A stretch of 19,687 nucleotides of DNA from Candidatus Altiarchaeota archaeon (GTDB lineage: Archaea; Altiarchaeota; Altiarchaeia; IMC4; SCGC-AAA252-I15), in contig JAZDMS010000041.1 in assembly GCA_043800705.1 (NCBI GenBank), forward strand, positions 1 to 19,687. Direction: 5' to 3'. The notes beneath the pieces were generated by a model. The model made no database searches. It saw only the letters and a list, made by a program, of their open reading frames with translations, and had not been told where the DNA came from. Made by a program: the position numbers and the translations under genes. How positions within the stretch are numbered: position 1 is the stretch's first letter; each line of letters starts with the position of its first letter. Shown here piece by piece: positions 1 to 8,297 of this stretch.

Positions 1-702
1 GAACGATGCGGGCTTCACGATGAACCTGTTTCTGGATACGTCGGGGAGGTTGACACCTTCGACCTTGACGACCTCCATTCCGGCATCCCTGAGGAAGGCC
101 TTGAAGTCTTCTGGGCAGAAGATGTGCAGGTGCCCTCTTGAGGGAACCGGCGCCTTCTTCCAGAGGGCCTTGAAGAACATACCCTTCACGGCGGGGAAGA
201 CGAGGTCCATGAGGAGGTTTTTGGTGCTGTATGCGTGGGGTATCGAGATGTAGGCCGTCCCGGTCGGCTTGAGGACCCGCCCTATCTCCGAGAGTATCAT
301 CCTGTAGCCTGCGACGTGCTCTACCACGTCGGTGCTGATGCAGAAGTCGAAGGTCCCGTCCGCGTACGGCAGGTGTTCGGCGTTGGCCTGGGAGGCATTG
401 GTCATGCCTTTAAGAGAGCAATGCTTCACTGAGTTGTAGGCGAGGTCGACCGAGTTCATCAGGGCGCCCCGTTCGGCGAGCATGTTCGATATGCGGCCTC
501 CGCCGCATCCCACATCCAGACCAAGCTGGCCGCTGAAGTCTTCGCCCGAGAGGATCCTCTGGAGCTCGACGAAGTACCCGTCCTCGGTGTAGACGATGTG
601 TTTCTCCCCGTGTTGCACGTATTCGCTGTCTGTCGTGTCCCAGAGGCGAACGAGGCCGAGCCTTCCGATCCCTTTAAGCATCGTGTCCGGAAGACAGGTC
701 AT
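1..702 (-). CDS. Class I SAM-dependent methyltransferase (3' end runs off the window)
   Basis: Not in the ORF track; translated by hand from ATG 702: MTCLPDTMLKG...GLDVGCGGGRIS...ANAEHLPYADGTFDFCISTDVVEHV...EIGRVLKPTG. Motif I and later Methyltransf_11-type motifs are present. SD-like GAGGT lies 6 nt upstream. Open to position 1. Confidence 0.9.
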   Translation of the reverse strand, partial: MTCLPDTMLKGIGRLGLVRLWDTTDSEYVQHGEKHIVYTEDGYFVELQRILSGEDFSGQLGLDVGCGGGRISNMLAERGALMNSVDLAYNSVKHCSLKGMTNASQANAEHLPYADGTFDFCISTDVVEHVAGYRMILSEIGRVLKPTGTAYISIPHAYSTKNLLMDLVFPAVKGMFFKALWKKAPVPSRGHLHIFCPEDFKAFLRDAGMEVVKVEGVNLPDVSRNRFIVKPASF

Positions 703-735
703 GGAAATACCTCGTCTTCATTGCTTAAGTACATC

Positions 736-2457
736 TCAGCCGACCTCGTATATCCAGTATTCCGGGCTCTTCGTCCGGTACTTCAGCGTCCCGTTTAGGA
801 CCGTGAGGTTGACGTCCCGGAGACGGAGGTCCTCGAAGTGGACTGCGTAATGCGTGACGCCGTATTCGCGCATCGTGGAGTATATCGTCTCCCAGCCCTC
901 CTTGGGGGTCGGCATCGTCTTCCTGCCGGTCATGTAGTTTATCATCACATGCTGCCGGGACATTATGATCGCGTCTTCTTTCGTGTTCGCGAGGATCCAC
1001 GAAGCCGCCTCGTTGTCTACGCTGTGATTTGCCTGGTCCGAATAGACCGCCCATGATTCGATGACGAGGAAGGCCGCGACCAATGCCATGAGCCGCCTTC
1101 TGCCACCGATCCGGTGTATCCCGTATGCGCCAAGCAGGAGGATCGGTGCGTACATCAGCGAGTGGGCGAAGCTTACGCGATAGCCGAGGAGCACGAGGGA
1201 GAGTAGCATGCTCGACCAGAAGAGGAATGGGGCCAGTTTCCGCCAATTCCTCAGCGCGAAATAGACAGATGCCAGCATCAGCGGAGGGGAAAGCAGCCCC
1301 ATCATATTGTTGCCCCATGCCAGGGGGTTGAACAATTCAAGGGGCTGGTACCGGTTGTACGCAGCCGAATACGGGACCGGCATAAACGTCTTCCAGACCG
1401 CGCCACCCTTTATCATGACCATGTTTGCGGGGAAGAGGAGGTACGCCAGGTAGTCCGACATCTTCGGTGGATCCAGCCTGAAATACTGCTCGAGGTCCGT
1501 CAGCACCATCACATGCCTGGACGACTGATAGAACGGGTCGCCGTACAATGCGAAATTGCGGTACAGCCAGGGCGAGACCACCAAAGCCGCCACAAGGACG
1601 AATGCGACGGCCCTGCCGTCCGCGTATTTCAGGACGCGACCCCGTTCGGTGAAAAGCTGATATGACGCATAGGAGACGAGGAAGACGAGCCCCATGGAGT
1701 GCGTCAGATACAGCATGCCTGCAAGGACGCCCAGGTACACGTGATGGGCCTTCACCTGCCAGAGATAAAGGAAGCAGAGTATCAGGTATGCGGTTATGTT
1801 GTAAGCGTGGACCCTGAAGCCTGAACTCAAGACGTAGGGATTGAGGCATACGAGCGCCAAGGATGAGAGGAATGCGGTCTTCTGCCCGAAGAGATGCCCG
1901 GCTGCCAGGTACAAGGCTGCCGCCAGGCAGGCGGTGAAGGTCATGGAGTAGAGGACCGCAACCTCGTAGGAGTAGCCGAGGAGGGAGAATGCCAGGCCCA
2001 TGTTCACGTTGTTCAGTGGCGGCCTGTAGGTTATCGGCTGCGGGAATCTTACGGGTTCGAAGTAGTTGTCGACGAAATTCACCGCCATCCAGTCGTCCGT
2101 GAGGAACGACTTGGCCGCGACCATCTGGAAGATCCCGTCGGTGTCATATGCCTGGGGCGCAGCCAACGACTGGGCCGCGAAACACGCTATGACCGCGGTG
2201 GCGAAGACCATTTTCAAATCCTTGGAGAAGGAAAATGTCTGGCCCCTGAGGAAGACAACAACCGACGCCGGCAGGATGACTGACGCCGCAGCCAACGGCA
2301 ATCCAAGCATCCTGCAGGCAAGCGCGCCAGCCCCATACAACGCGGCGCTCGCGGCCGCTGCCAGGGCTAGCCGCTCGTCGTCGGCAAACCTTCCGCGCAG
2401 GACGAGGTATCCGGGGGCGATGAACAGGAGCAGCAGGATGGCGTACTCTATCACCAT
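736..2457 (-). CDS. Multi-pass GT-C fold glycosyltransferase (ArnT/PMT/GT39-like)
   Basis: Many hydrophobic segments; acidic external loop YDTDG; YRPPL; PWLYRNFALYGDP; soluble C-terminal domain. Start moved from 2562 to ATG 2457 (MVIEYAILLL) because an AT-rich TATA-like box lies at 2481-2490. Confidence 0.8.
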   Translation of the reverse strand: MVIEYAILLLLFIAPGYLVLRGRFADDERLALAAAASAALYGAGALACRMLGLPLAAASVILPASVVVFLRGQTFSFSKDLKMVFATAVIACFAAQSLAAPQAYDTDGIFQMVAAKSFLTDDWMAVNFVDNYFEPVRFPQPITYRPPLNNVNMGLAFSLLGYSYEVAVLYSMTFTACLAAALYLAAGHLFGQKTAFLSSLALVCLNPYVLSSGFRVHAYNITAYLILCFLYLWQVKAHHVYLGVLAGMLYLTHSMGLVFLVSYASYQLFTERGRVLKYADGRAVAFVLVAALVVSPWLYRNFALYGDPFYQSSRHVMVLTDLEQYFRLDPPKMSDYLAYLLFPANMVMIKGGAVWKTFMPVPYSAAYNRYQPLELFNPLAWGNNMMGLLSPPLMLASVYFALRNWRKLAPFLFWSSMLLSLVLLGYRVSFAHSLMYAPILLLGAYGIHRIGGRRRLMALVAAFLVIESWAVYSDQANHSVDNEAASWILANTKEDAIIMSRQHVMINYMTGRKTMPTPKEGWETIYSTMREYGVTHYAVHFEDLRLRDVNLTVLNGTLKYRTKSPEYWIYEVG

Positions 2458-2719
2458 AATACCCCTTATAAGCGGGTCCGCCTTAAATATCGGCCCGCAA
2501 AGTCCACGCCAGAGGGAGATGCCAAGAGGAGAAGAGGATGAAGAGGGGATGGCGCACCGCATGTGCCAGCCTGCAAAGCCGTGAAGGACCGCGGGATACG
2601 GGGAGCTGCCGTAGAGGCCATCATCCCGGAAATGAGAACGATATTTGCCGCGGCCGTGAAAAACGGGACAGAGTTGCGCATTTGACTATTTAATCCGCCC
2701 TTCTCTTTAGTTTAGCGCC

Positions 2720-3388
2720 ATGGAAGGCGACGAGTTGCGTTCCGCCTATGAGAGGCGGCTTGGGGGGGATGCGCCTGCGAGGCAGCGCATATGGGGGACG
2801 CTCTGCAGCTGTTTCTTCCAGAAGTATGTTCCCTCCGACGCGAAGGTGCTGGATATCGGCGCAGGCTTCTGCGAATTCATCAACAACATCAGGGCTGCCC
2901 AGAAGACCGCGGTCGACCTCAACCCCGACACACGAAGGATGGCGGCCGCCGACGTGTCGGTGGTGACGTCTCCTGCGACCGACCTGTCAAGGATTGGGGA
3001 TTCCAGCATCGACGTCGTCTTCAGCAGCAACCTCCTGGAGCACCTGCCCAGACCCGACATAGTCAAGGCGCTGAATGAGATGCGCAGGGTGCTGAAGCCC
3101 GGCGGGCAGCTCCTTCTGATGGTGCCCAACATAAGGTACTGCAGCCGCGACTACTGGATGTTCTTCGACCATGTCACTCCCCTTGACGACCGCGCCCTCG
3201 TCGAGGTGCTTGAGCTAAACGGCTTCAGGGTCGAGGAGGACATACCGAGATTCCTGCCGTACACCACAAAAAGCCGCCTGCCGAAAGCCCCCCTGCTTGT
3301 CAAACTCTATCTGCGTCTGAGGTTCCTTTGGACGATCTTCGGCCAGCAGGCTTTCATAAGGGCACAAAAGGCCGGGAAGGACGCATAA
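2720..3388 (+). CDS. Class I SAM-dependent methyltransferase
   Basis: VLDIGAGFCEF motif I; DVVFSSNLLEHL; EMRRVLKPGG; TATA-like TATTTAAT about 27-33 nt upstream. Confidence 0.9.
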   Translation: MEGDELRSAYERRLGGDAPARQRIWGTLCSCFFQKYVPSDAKVLDIGAGFCEFINNIRAAQKTAVDLNPDTRRMAAADVSVVTSPATDLSRIGDSSIDVVFSSNLLEHLPRPDIVKALNEMRRVLKPGGQLLLMVPNIRYCSRDYWMFFDHVTPLDDRALVEVLELNGFRVEEDIPRFLPYTTKSRLPKAPLLVKLYLRLRFLWTIFGQQAFIRAQKAGKDA

Positions 3389-3424
3389 TTTATATTTGAT
3401 GATACGATATTGTAGGTATCTGAT

Positions 3425-4450
3425 ATGAAAAGCCTAATCAACCACCTCAGGTTCGTGAGGAAATACCCCAAGGTAATACCCCGCCTGATGTGGGGGACGG
3501 CCCTCGGCCACCTTGGAATCGACAGGATACGTAACACGCAGCTGGCGCTTTCGTTCGGCTGCAACCACACCTGCAAGATGTGCTCCAGCAACCTCTTCCT
3601 AAAGAGCGAAAAGGAGTTCACGCTCGAGGAATGGTGCAAGACCGCAGACGAGCTCCACGACCTCGGCTGCGTACACTACGACCTGACCGGAGGAGAACCC
3701 ACACTCAAGGGATTGGACTACCTTTGCAAGCTGGTGGGTCACATCAACCGGAGGCGAGACTGCATCGTCGACATCGCAACGAACGGGAGCAAGATAGAGG
3801 CCTCATGGTTCAAGAAGCTCAGAGAGGCCGGTTTGGACTCCATCTTCTTCGACCTTCAGTCGGACAACCCCGATGAGCATGACGAGATAGTCGGCGACCC
3901 GGGCAACTTCAAGAGGATAATGGATTTGATCCCCCAGGCGAAGGCCAGCGGCCTAAACGTCTGCATAAATACGTGCCTTTCAAAGGACAACTTCGAGAAG
4001 GTGAAGGGCCTTCTGCGGATGTGCGAGAAGGGAGATATGGTGCTTTTGATCAACCTCGCCGCGCCGACCGGCAGGCTTGCCGGGAAGGATGTGAGGCTGA
4101 TGGCGTTTAAGGACGACTACTACAGGCTTCTGAAGTCCAGTTCCAACATCAGGAGCGATACGACTTTCAACTACAGGGGTGCGAACCTCTGCCCCGGAGG
4201 CATAGAGAAGGTTTACATCACCGCATACGGGGACGTCATGCAATGCACATTTTGCCAGGTCGCATTCGGGAATCTTAGGCAGAAGCCGCTTAAGGCGATT
4301 TACGACATCATGAGGAAGAATCCGTTCATACGGGAAAGGAGCATATGCAAGCACAGCTTCAATGACCGATTCAGGGACGAATGGATCGAGAAGTACATGG
4401 ACGTCAACAACCCGCCGACCCGCCTTTACGAATCCGGCCTTGAGGCTTAG
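3425..4450 (+). CDS. Radical SAM protein with C-terminal SPASM/twitch-like domain
   Basis: CNHTCKMC (CxxxCxxC); TGGEP; IATNG; C-terminal CPGG...YITAYGDVMQC..C...FGNL. Confidence 0.92.
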   Translation: MKSLINHLRFVRKYPKVIPRLMWGTALGHLGIDRIRNTQLALSFGCNHTCKMCSSNLFLKSEKEFTLEEWCKTADELHDLGCVHYDLTGGEPTLKGLDYLCKLVGHINRRRDCIVDIATNGSKIEASWFKKLREAGLDSIFFDLQSDNPDEHDEIVGDPGNFKRIMDLIPQAKASGLNVCINTCLSKDNFEKVKGLLRMCEKGDMVLLINLAAPTGRLAGKDVRLMAFKDDYYRLLKSSSNIRSDTTFNYRGANLCPGGIEKVYITAYGDVMQCTFCQVAFGNLRQKPLKAIYDIMRKNPFIRERSICKHSFNDRFRDEWIEKYMDVNNPPTRLYESGLEA

Positions 4451-4456
4451 GATGAG

Positions 4457-5170
4457 TCAGGTTTTTCTCCGGTAGCCCAGTCTCAACCTGAACAGGCTGA
4501 CGTACCTGAGCCCCATCCGCAGCATGTTGAATTTAGGCTGGCCGGCCCTCCTGTCGAAATAGGTTGTGGGGACCTCGCTTAACCTGAACCCAGCCAGGTG
4601 GGCCTTTATCGCGAATTCCGGGCTTATTGCGAAGTCTCCGGACTCTATCTTTGCCTTTTCGAGGATTTTCCTCCTGAAGCCCCTGTATGCGTTGGTTGCG
4701 TCATGGATCGGCAATCCGAATATCAGCCGCGCAAGCTTCGTATACGTCGACCCGTACATGGCCTTGTCTATCCCGAGCTCGCCCCTCGAGCCTCCGCTCA
4801 TGTAGCGCGAGGCGACGACCATGTCGAAGCCTTCATCGAGCTTTTTGACGATTTCCCTTATCGATACGAGATTGTCGGAGCGGTCTGCCATGACCCACAC
4901 CACATACTCCCCCTTTGCCGCCCTGGAGCCCTCGATGAGGGCGTATCCCATGCCGTTATCCCCCTTCCTGCGATGGATGCAGGATATCCTGGGATTCGAT
5001 GCCGCCAGGTTGTCGCACAGGTCGGCGGTTCCGTCGCTCGAATTGTCGTCGACAAGGATGATCTCGGAGGGGCCGTCGCCGAGGGCTTCGAGTATGTCGT
5101 TTACGAGCGGATGGAGGTTGTCTTCTTCGTTGTAGGCTGGCACCACGACCGACAGCTTCAAAGGATCCAT
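4457..5170 (-). CDS. GT2 glycosyltransferase, polyprenol/dolichol-phosphate sugar synthase-like (DPM1/ArnC-like)
   Basis: LSVVVPAYNEE; VDDNSSDGT; MAD metal-binding motif; DMVVASRY; EVPTTYFDRRAGQPK. ATG 5170 preferred over GTG 5176. Confidence 0.9.
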   Translation of the reverse strand: MDPLKLSVVVPAYNEEDNLHPLVNDILEALGDGPSEIILVDDNSSDGTADLCDNLAASNPRISCIHRRKGDNGMGYALIEGSRAAKGEYVVWVMADRSDNLVSIREIVKKLDEGFDMVVASRYMSGGSRGELGIDKAMYGSTYTKLARLIFGLPIHDATNAYRGFRRKILEKAKIESGDFAISPEFAIKAHLAGFRLSEVPTTYFDRRAGQPKFNMLRMGLRYVSLFRLRLGYRRKT

Positions 5171-5172
5171 TG

Positions 5173-6297
5173 TCACTTCTCCAATAGATTCCTTTCGGCA
5201 AGCTCATTGAGCGCCTTCTGGCTCATGTCGACTGCATCCTGCTTCCTCCCCCACTGCACGAGGCCAGCCAGGCCATCCTCGAAGGATATCGTCGGCTTGT
5301 AGCCCACCTTCTTGATCTTTGAAATATCCGCAAAACAGTGGCGGATGTCGCCAGCCCTGAACTTGTTTTTTATCTCGGGTTTGATCTTCTTCCCGTAGAG
5401 TCTGGCGAATGTTTCCGCGATGTGCAGGACTGACGTCGGCCTCCCGCTGCCGACGTTGAACATCTCGTAGTCCGCCTTCGAGCTCTCCAAGGCTATCATG
5501 TTCGCCCGGACTATGTCCCTTACGTCGATGAAGTCGCGGGTCTGCAGGCCGTCTTCGTATATTACGGGGGGGTTGTCGTTCTTTATGTTCGACTGGAAGA
5601 TGGCGCAGACCCCTGTGTAGGGGTTGCTGAGAGACTGCCTCGGGCCGAATACGTTGAAGTACCTGAGGGCGACGGACGGGATACCGTAAGCCTTGCCGAC
5701 GGAGAGGAACAACTCCTCGTGGTCGCGCTTCCCTATCGCGTAGACGGAGGTCGGCCTAAGGGGTTTCTCCTCTGGGGTGGGTATCGGTTTCGCGGGTTTT
5801 CCGCATGTCGGGCATTTCATCCCCCACTCGTGGCCCTCAAGCTGCTTCGGGGGGCGGAAGTCGGGTGTGATCCTCCCGCACGAATCGCATTCGTACGCGC
5901 CCTCCCCGTATATGCTCATAGAGGATGCGACTATCATGCGCCTTATGCCATGGCTGCCGTTGACGATCTCGTCCAGCAGGACTGCGGCGCCGAGCGAGTT
6001 GACGCTCGTATAGTGCTCTATCTGATACATCGACTGGCCGACGCCGACGGCCGCGGCCTCGTGGAATACGACATCCACGTCTTGGAGGGCCTTCTTCAGG
6101 GACGGCCTGTCCCTGACGTCGCCTTCTATGAATTCCGCCTTCGGGTTGAGGTAGTCCGGCCTCTTCCGCCCTATGCCGTGTACTTGGGGGTCGAGGCAGT
6201 CGAGTATCCTCACACTGTGGCCCCTTTCCACAAGCCCGTCGACTATGTGTGAGCCTATGAATCCCGCCCCGCCGGTGACCAGTATGCTCTTTTTCAT
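5173..6297 (-). CDS. NAD-dependent NDP-sugar epimerase/dehydratase (extended SDR, WbiB-like) with a four-Cys insert
   Basis: TGGAGFIG; ASSMSIYGEG; YAIGK (YxxxK); LRYFNVFGPRQ; insert CDSC...CPTC. ATGA overlap with the upstream gene. Confidence 0.92.
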   Translation of the reverse strand: MKKSILVTGGAGFIGSHIVDGLVERGHSVRILDCLDPQVHGIGRKRPDYLNPKAEFIEGDVRDRPSLKKALQDVDVVFHEAAAVGVGQSMYQIEHYTSVNSLGAAVLLDEIVNGSHGIRRMIVASSMSIYGEGAYECDSCGRITPDFRPPKQLEGHEWGMKCPTCGKPAKPIPTPEEKPLRPTSVYAIGKRDHEELFLSVGKAYGIPSVALRYFNVFGPRQSLSNPYTGVCAIFQSNIKNDNPPVIYEDGLQTRDFIDVRDIVRANMIALESSKADYEMFNVGSGRPTSVLHIAETFARLYGKKIKPEIKNKFRAGDIRHCFADISKIKKVGYKPTISFEDGLAGLVQWGRKQDAVDMSQKALNELAERNLLEK

Positions 6298-7301
6298 TTG
6301 AAAAGGCCTATGTGCTGGCTTGTCCAGTCAGCTATCCTCCTGACGCCTTCCCTGACGCCGACTTTCGGCTTCCAGCCGACGGCCTTCTTTATCTTTCTCG
6401 TATCGCTGACGTATACCTTCTGGTCGCCCATCCGCCAGTCGCCGTATCCGACTTCTGATCTCTTGCCTGTGACGTCCTCTATGATTCCGAGAAGCTCGTC
6501 GAGGGAGGTGGTGAACTCGGTCCCGCCGCCGAGGTTGTATGCCTGGCCGCTGGTCTTTTTGATGTTCAGGGCCAGCTTCTCGAAGGCCGAGTTCTGGTCC
6601 GTGACGTATAGTATGTCCCTGACCTGCTTGCCGTCTCCGTATATCGTGATGGGTTTGCCTGTGACCGCGGCGATGATGAACCAAGCCACCCAGCCCTGGT
6701 CCTCGTTTCCGAATTGCCTCGTCCCGTAGATGCAGCTCATCCTCGGCTTCGCGACCTTGAGGCCGAAGCTCTCCTTATACGTGTCGAGTATGAATTCCGC
6801 GTTTATCTTGCTGCCGCCGTAAGGGCAGTTCGTCTCCAGCGGATATGATTCGTCTATTCCTCTGATCTTCTTGTACATGTACCTAGTCTTGCCTTTGACG
6901 ACTGGCAGTTCGAGGTCGCCGTAGACCTTGTTGGTAGAACAGAACACGACGGCGGGGTCGCACCCGGATTTCCGGACGGCCTCGCAGAGGTTGAAGGTGC
7001 CGACCGCGTTGGTGTTGAAGTCGAGGCGGGGGTCCGTGAGGGATGTGGTGACCGCGACCTGTGCGGCGCAGTGGTATACTATGTCCAGGCCGTCCATGAG
7101 ACCGTCGAACGCCGTCGGGTCCGATACGTCGGCCTTTCTGAAGTCGACGCCCGGATATTCCTTTTCGAGGAATTCGATGTTGTATCTGGTCCGCGACAGG
7201 TTGTCGACGACGGTGACCTTGTCGCCCTTCCTGAGGTGATGTTCGGCCAGGTGGGAGCCGATGAAGCCCGCGCCGCCTGTGACAAGGATGCTGCGTTCCA
7301 T
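6294..7301 (-). CDS. rfbE: CDP-paratose 2-epimerase (CDP-tyvelose epimerase)-like SDR
   Basis: TGGAGFIG; AAQVAVTTSLTDPRLDF; STNKVYG; PYGGSK; RMSCIYGTRQFGNEDQGWVAWF, typical of the RfbE family. The actual substrate is uncertain. Confidence 0.8.
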   Translation of the reverse strand: MERSILVTGGAGFIGSHLAEHHLRKGDKVTVVDNLSRTRYNIEFLEKEYPGVDFRKADVSDPTAFDGLMDGLDIVYHCAAQVAVTTSLTDPRLDFNTNAVGTFNLCEAVRKSGCDPAVVFCSTNKVYGDLELPVVKGKTRYMYKKIRGIDESYPLETNCPYGGSKINAEFILDTYKESFGLKVAKPRMSCIYGTRQFGNEDQGWVAWFIIAAVTGKPITIYGDGKQVRDILYVTDQNSAFEKLALNIKKTSGQAYNLGGGTEFTTSLDELLGIIEDVTGKRSEVGYGDWRMGDQKVYVSDTRKIKKAVGWKPKVGVREGVRRIADWTSQHIGLFK

Positions 7302-7315
7302 GGAGTAATGATTAT

Positions 7316-8251
7316 CTACAGTACATTATAAATCTTTCTGACCCACTCCACGGTCTCCTTGAGGCCTTCCTCGAATGTTTTTTTCGGCCTCCATCCCAGC
7401 TCCTTTCTGGCTTTTGAGGTGTCCGATTCCGTGTGTTCGACGTCGCCTTTCTGGTCAGGGACGTACTTGATAGTCCCTGTTCCGACCTGGGCTATGATTC
7501 TCTCGGCCAGTTCCTTGACTGTGATCGTCGTCCCGCCGCCGACGTTGTATATTCCGCTGCCTTTGGCCATGGCCTTGACCGTCGCATCGACGGCGTCGGA
7601 GACGTGGGTGAAGTCCCTGCTCTTGGAGCCGTCGCCGTATACTTCCAACTGGCCGCCCTCCAATGCGGTCCTGGTGAACTTGTGGATTGCCAGGTCAGGG
7701 CGAATCCGGGGGCCATAGACGGTGAAGTACCTGAGGCCTACGGAGTCAATGCCGTGCAGTTCCCCGTATACCCTGAAGTAGTGTTCGCATGCGAGCTTGC
7801 TGACCCCATAAGGGGATATGGGATCCGTCGGGTGCCCCTCATCGAACGGGAGACGGACGACCTTCCCGTAGACGGAAGACGATGACGCATACACGACCTT
7901 TTTGACATCCGACCCGCGCACAGCCTCCAGCAGGTTCAGCGTCCCCTGGACGTTGACCTCGCTAGTCTTCAACGGGTCTTGGACGGATGCCCTCACACCG
8001 GCCTGCGCGGCCTCGTGTATGACGTACTCCGGGTTTTCTGTTTTCAGTATCCGGTCCACGGCCTTCGCATCCCGGATATCCGCCTTGACCAGCCTGCAAT
8101 CTAACCCTTTAAGGTTCTCCTTCTTCACCTCGGGGCTGTAGTAGGGGTCGAGGTTGTCCAGGCACAAGACCTCATGGCCTTCCGATACCAGCCGCTCACA
8201 GAGGTGGCTGCCGATGAACCCTGCGCCGCCGGTGACGAGCACTTTTGCCAT
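7316..8251 (-). CDS. NAD-dependent UDP-sugar 4-epimerase (UDP-glucuronate/UDP-glucose 4-epimerase-like)
   Basis: TGGAGFIG; HEAAQAGVRAS; YASSSSVYG; SPYGVSK; LRYFTVYGPRIRPDLAI. Confidence 0.9.
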   Translation of the reverse strand: MAKVLVTGGAGFIGSHLCERLVSEGHEVLCLDNLDPYYSPEVKKENLKGLDCRLVKADIRDAKAVDRILKTENPEYVIHEAAQAGVRASVQDPLKTSEVNVQGTLNLLEAVRGSDVKKVVYASSSSVYGKVVRLPFDEGHPTDPISPYGVSKLACEHYFRVYGELHGIDSVGLRYFTVYGPRIRPDLAIHKFTRTALEGGQLEVYGDGSKSRDFTHVSDAVDATVKAMAKGSGIYNVGGGTTITVKELAERIIAQVGTGTIKYVPDQKGDVEHTESDTSKARKELGWRPKKTFEEGLKETVEWVRKIYNVL

Positions 8252-8297
8252 CGAATATACCTTGATTTATTGCAAATAAACGATGTTAACGGTAAGG

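Noticed and set aside
2466-2681. 71-aa ORF and purine-rich GAGGA-like run in the long intergenic gap
   Set aside because: No motifs, overlaps the presumed promoter of the GT-C gene, and the purine run is not a regular repeat.
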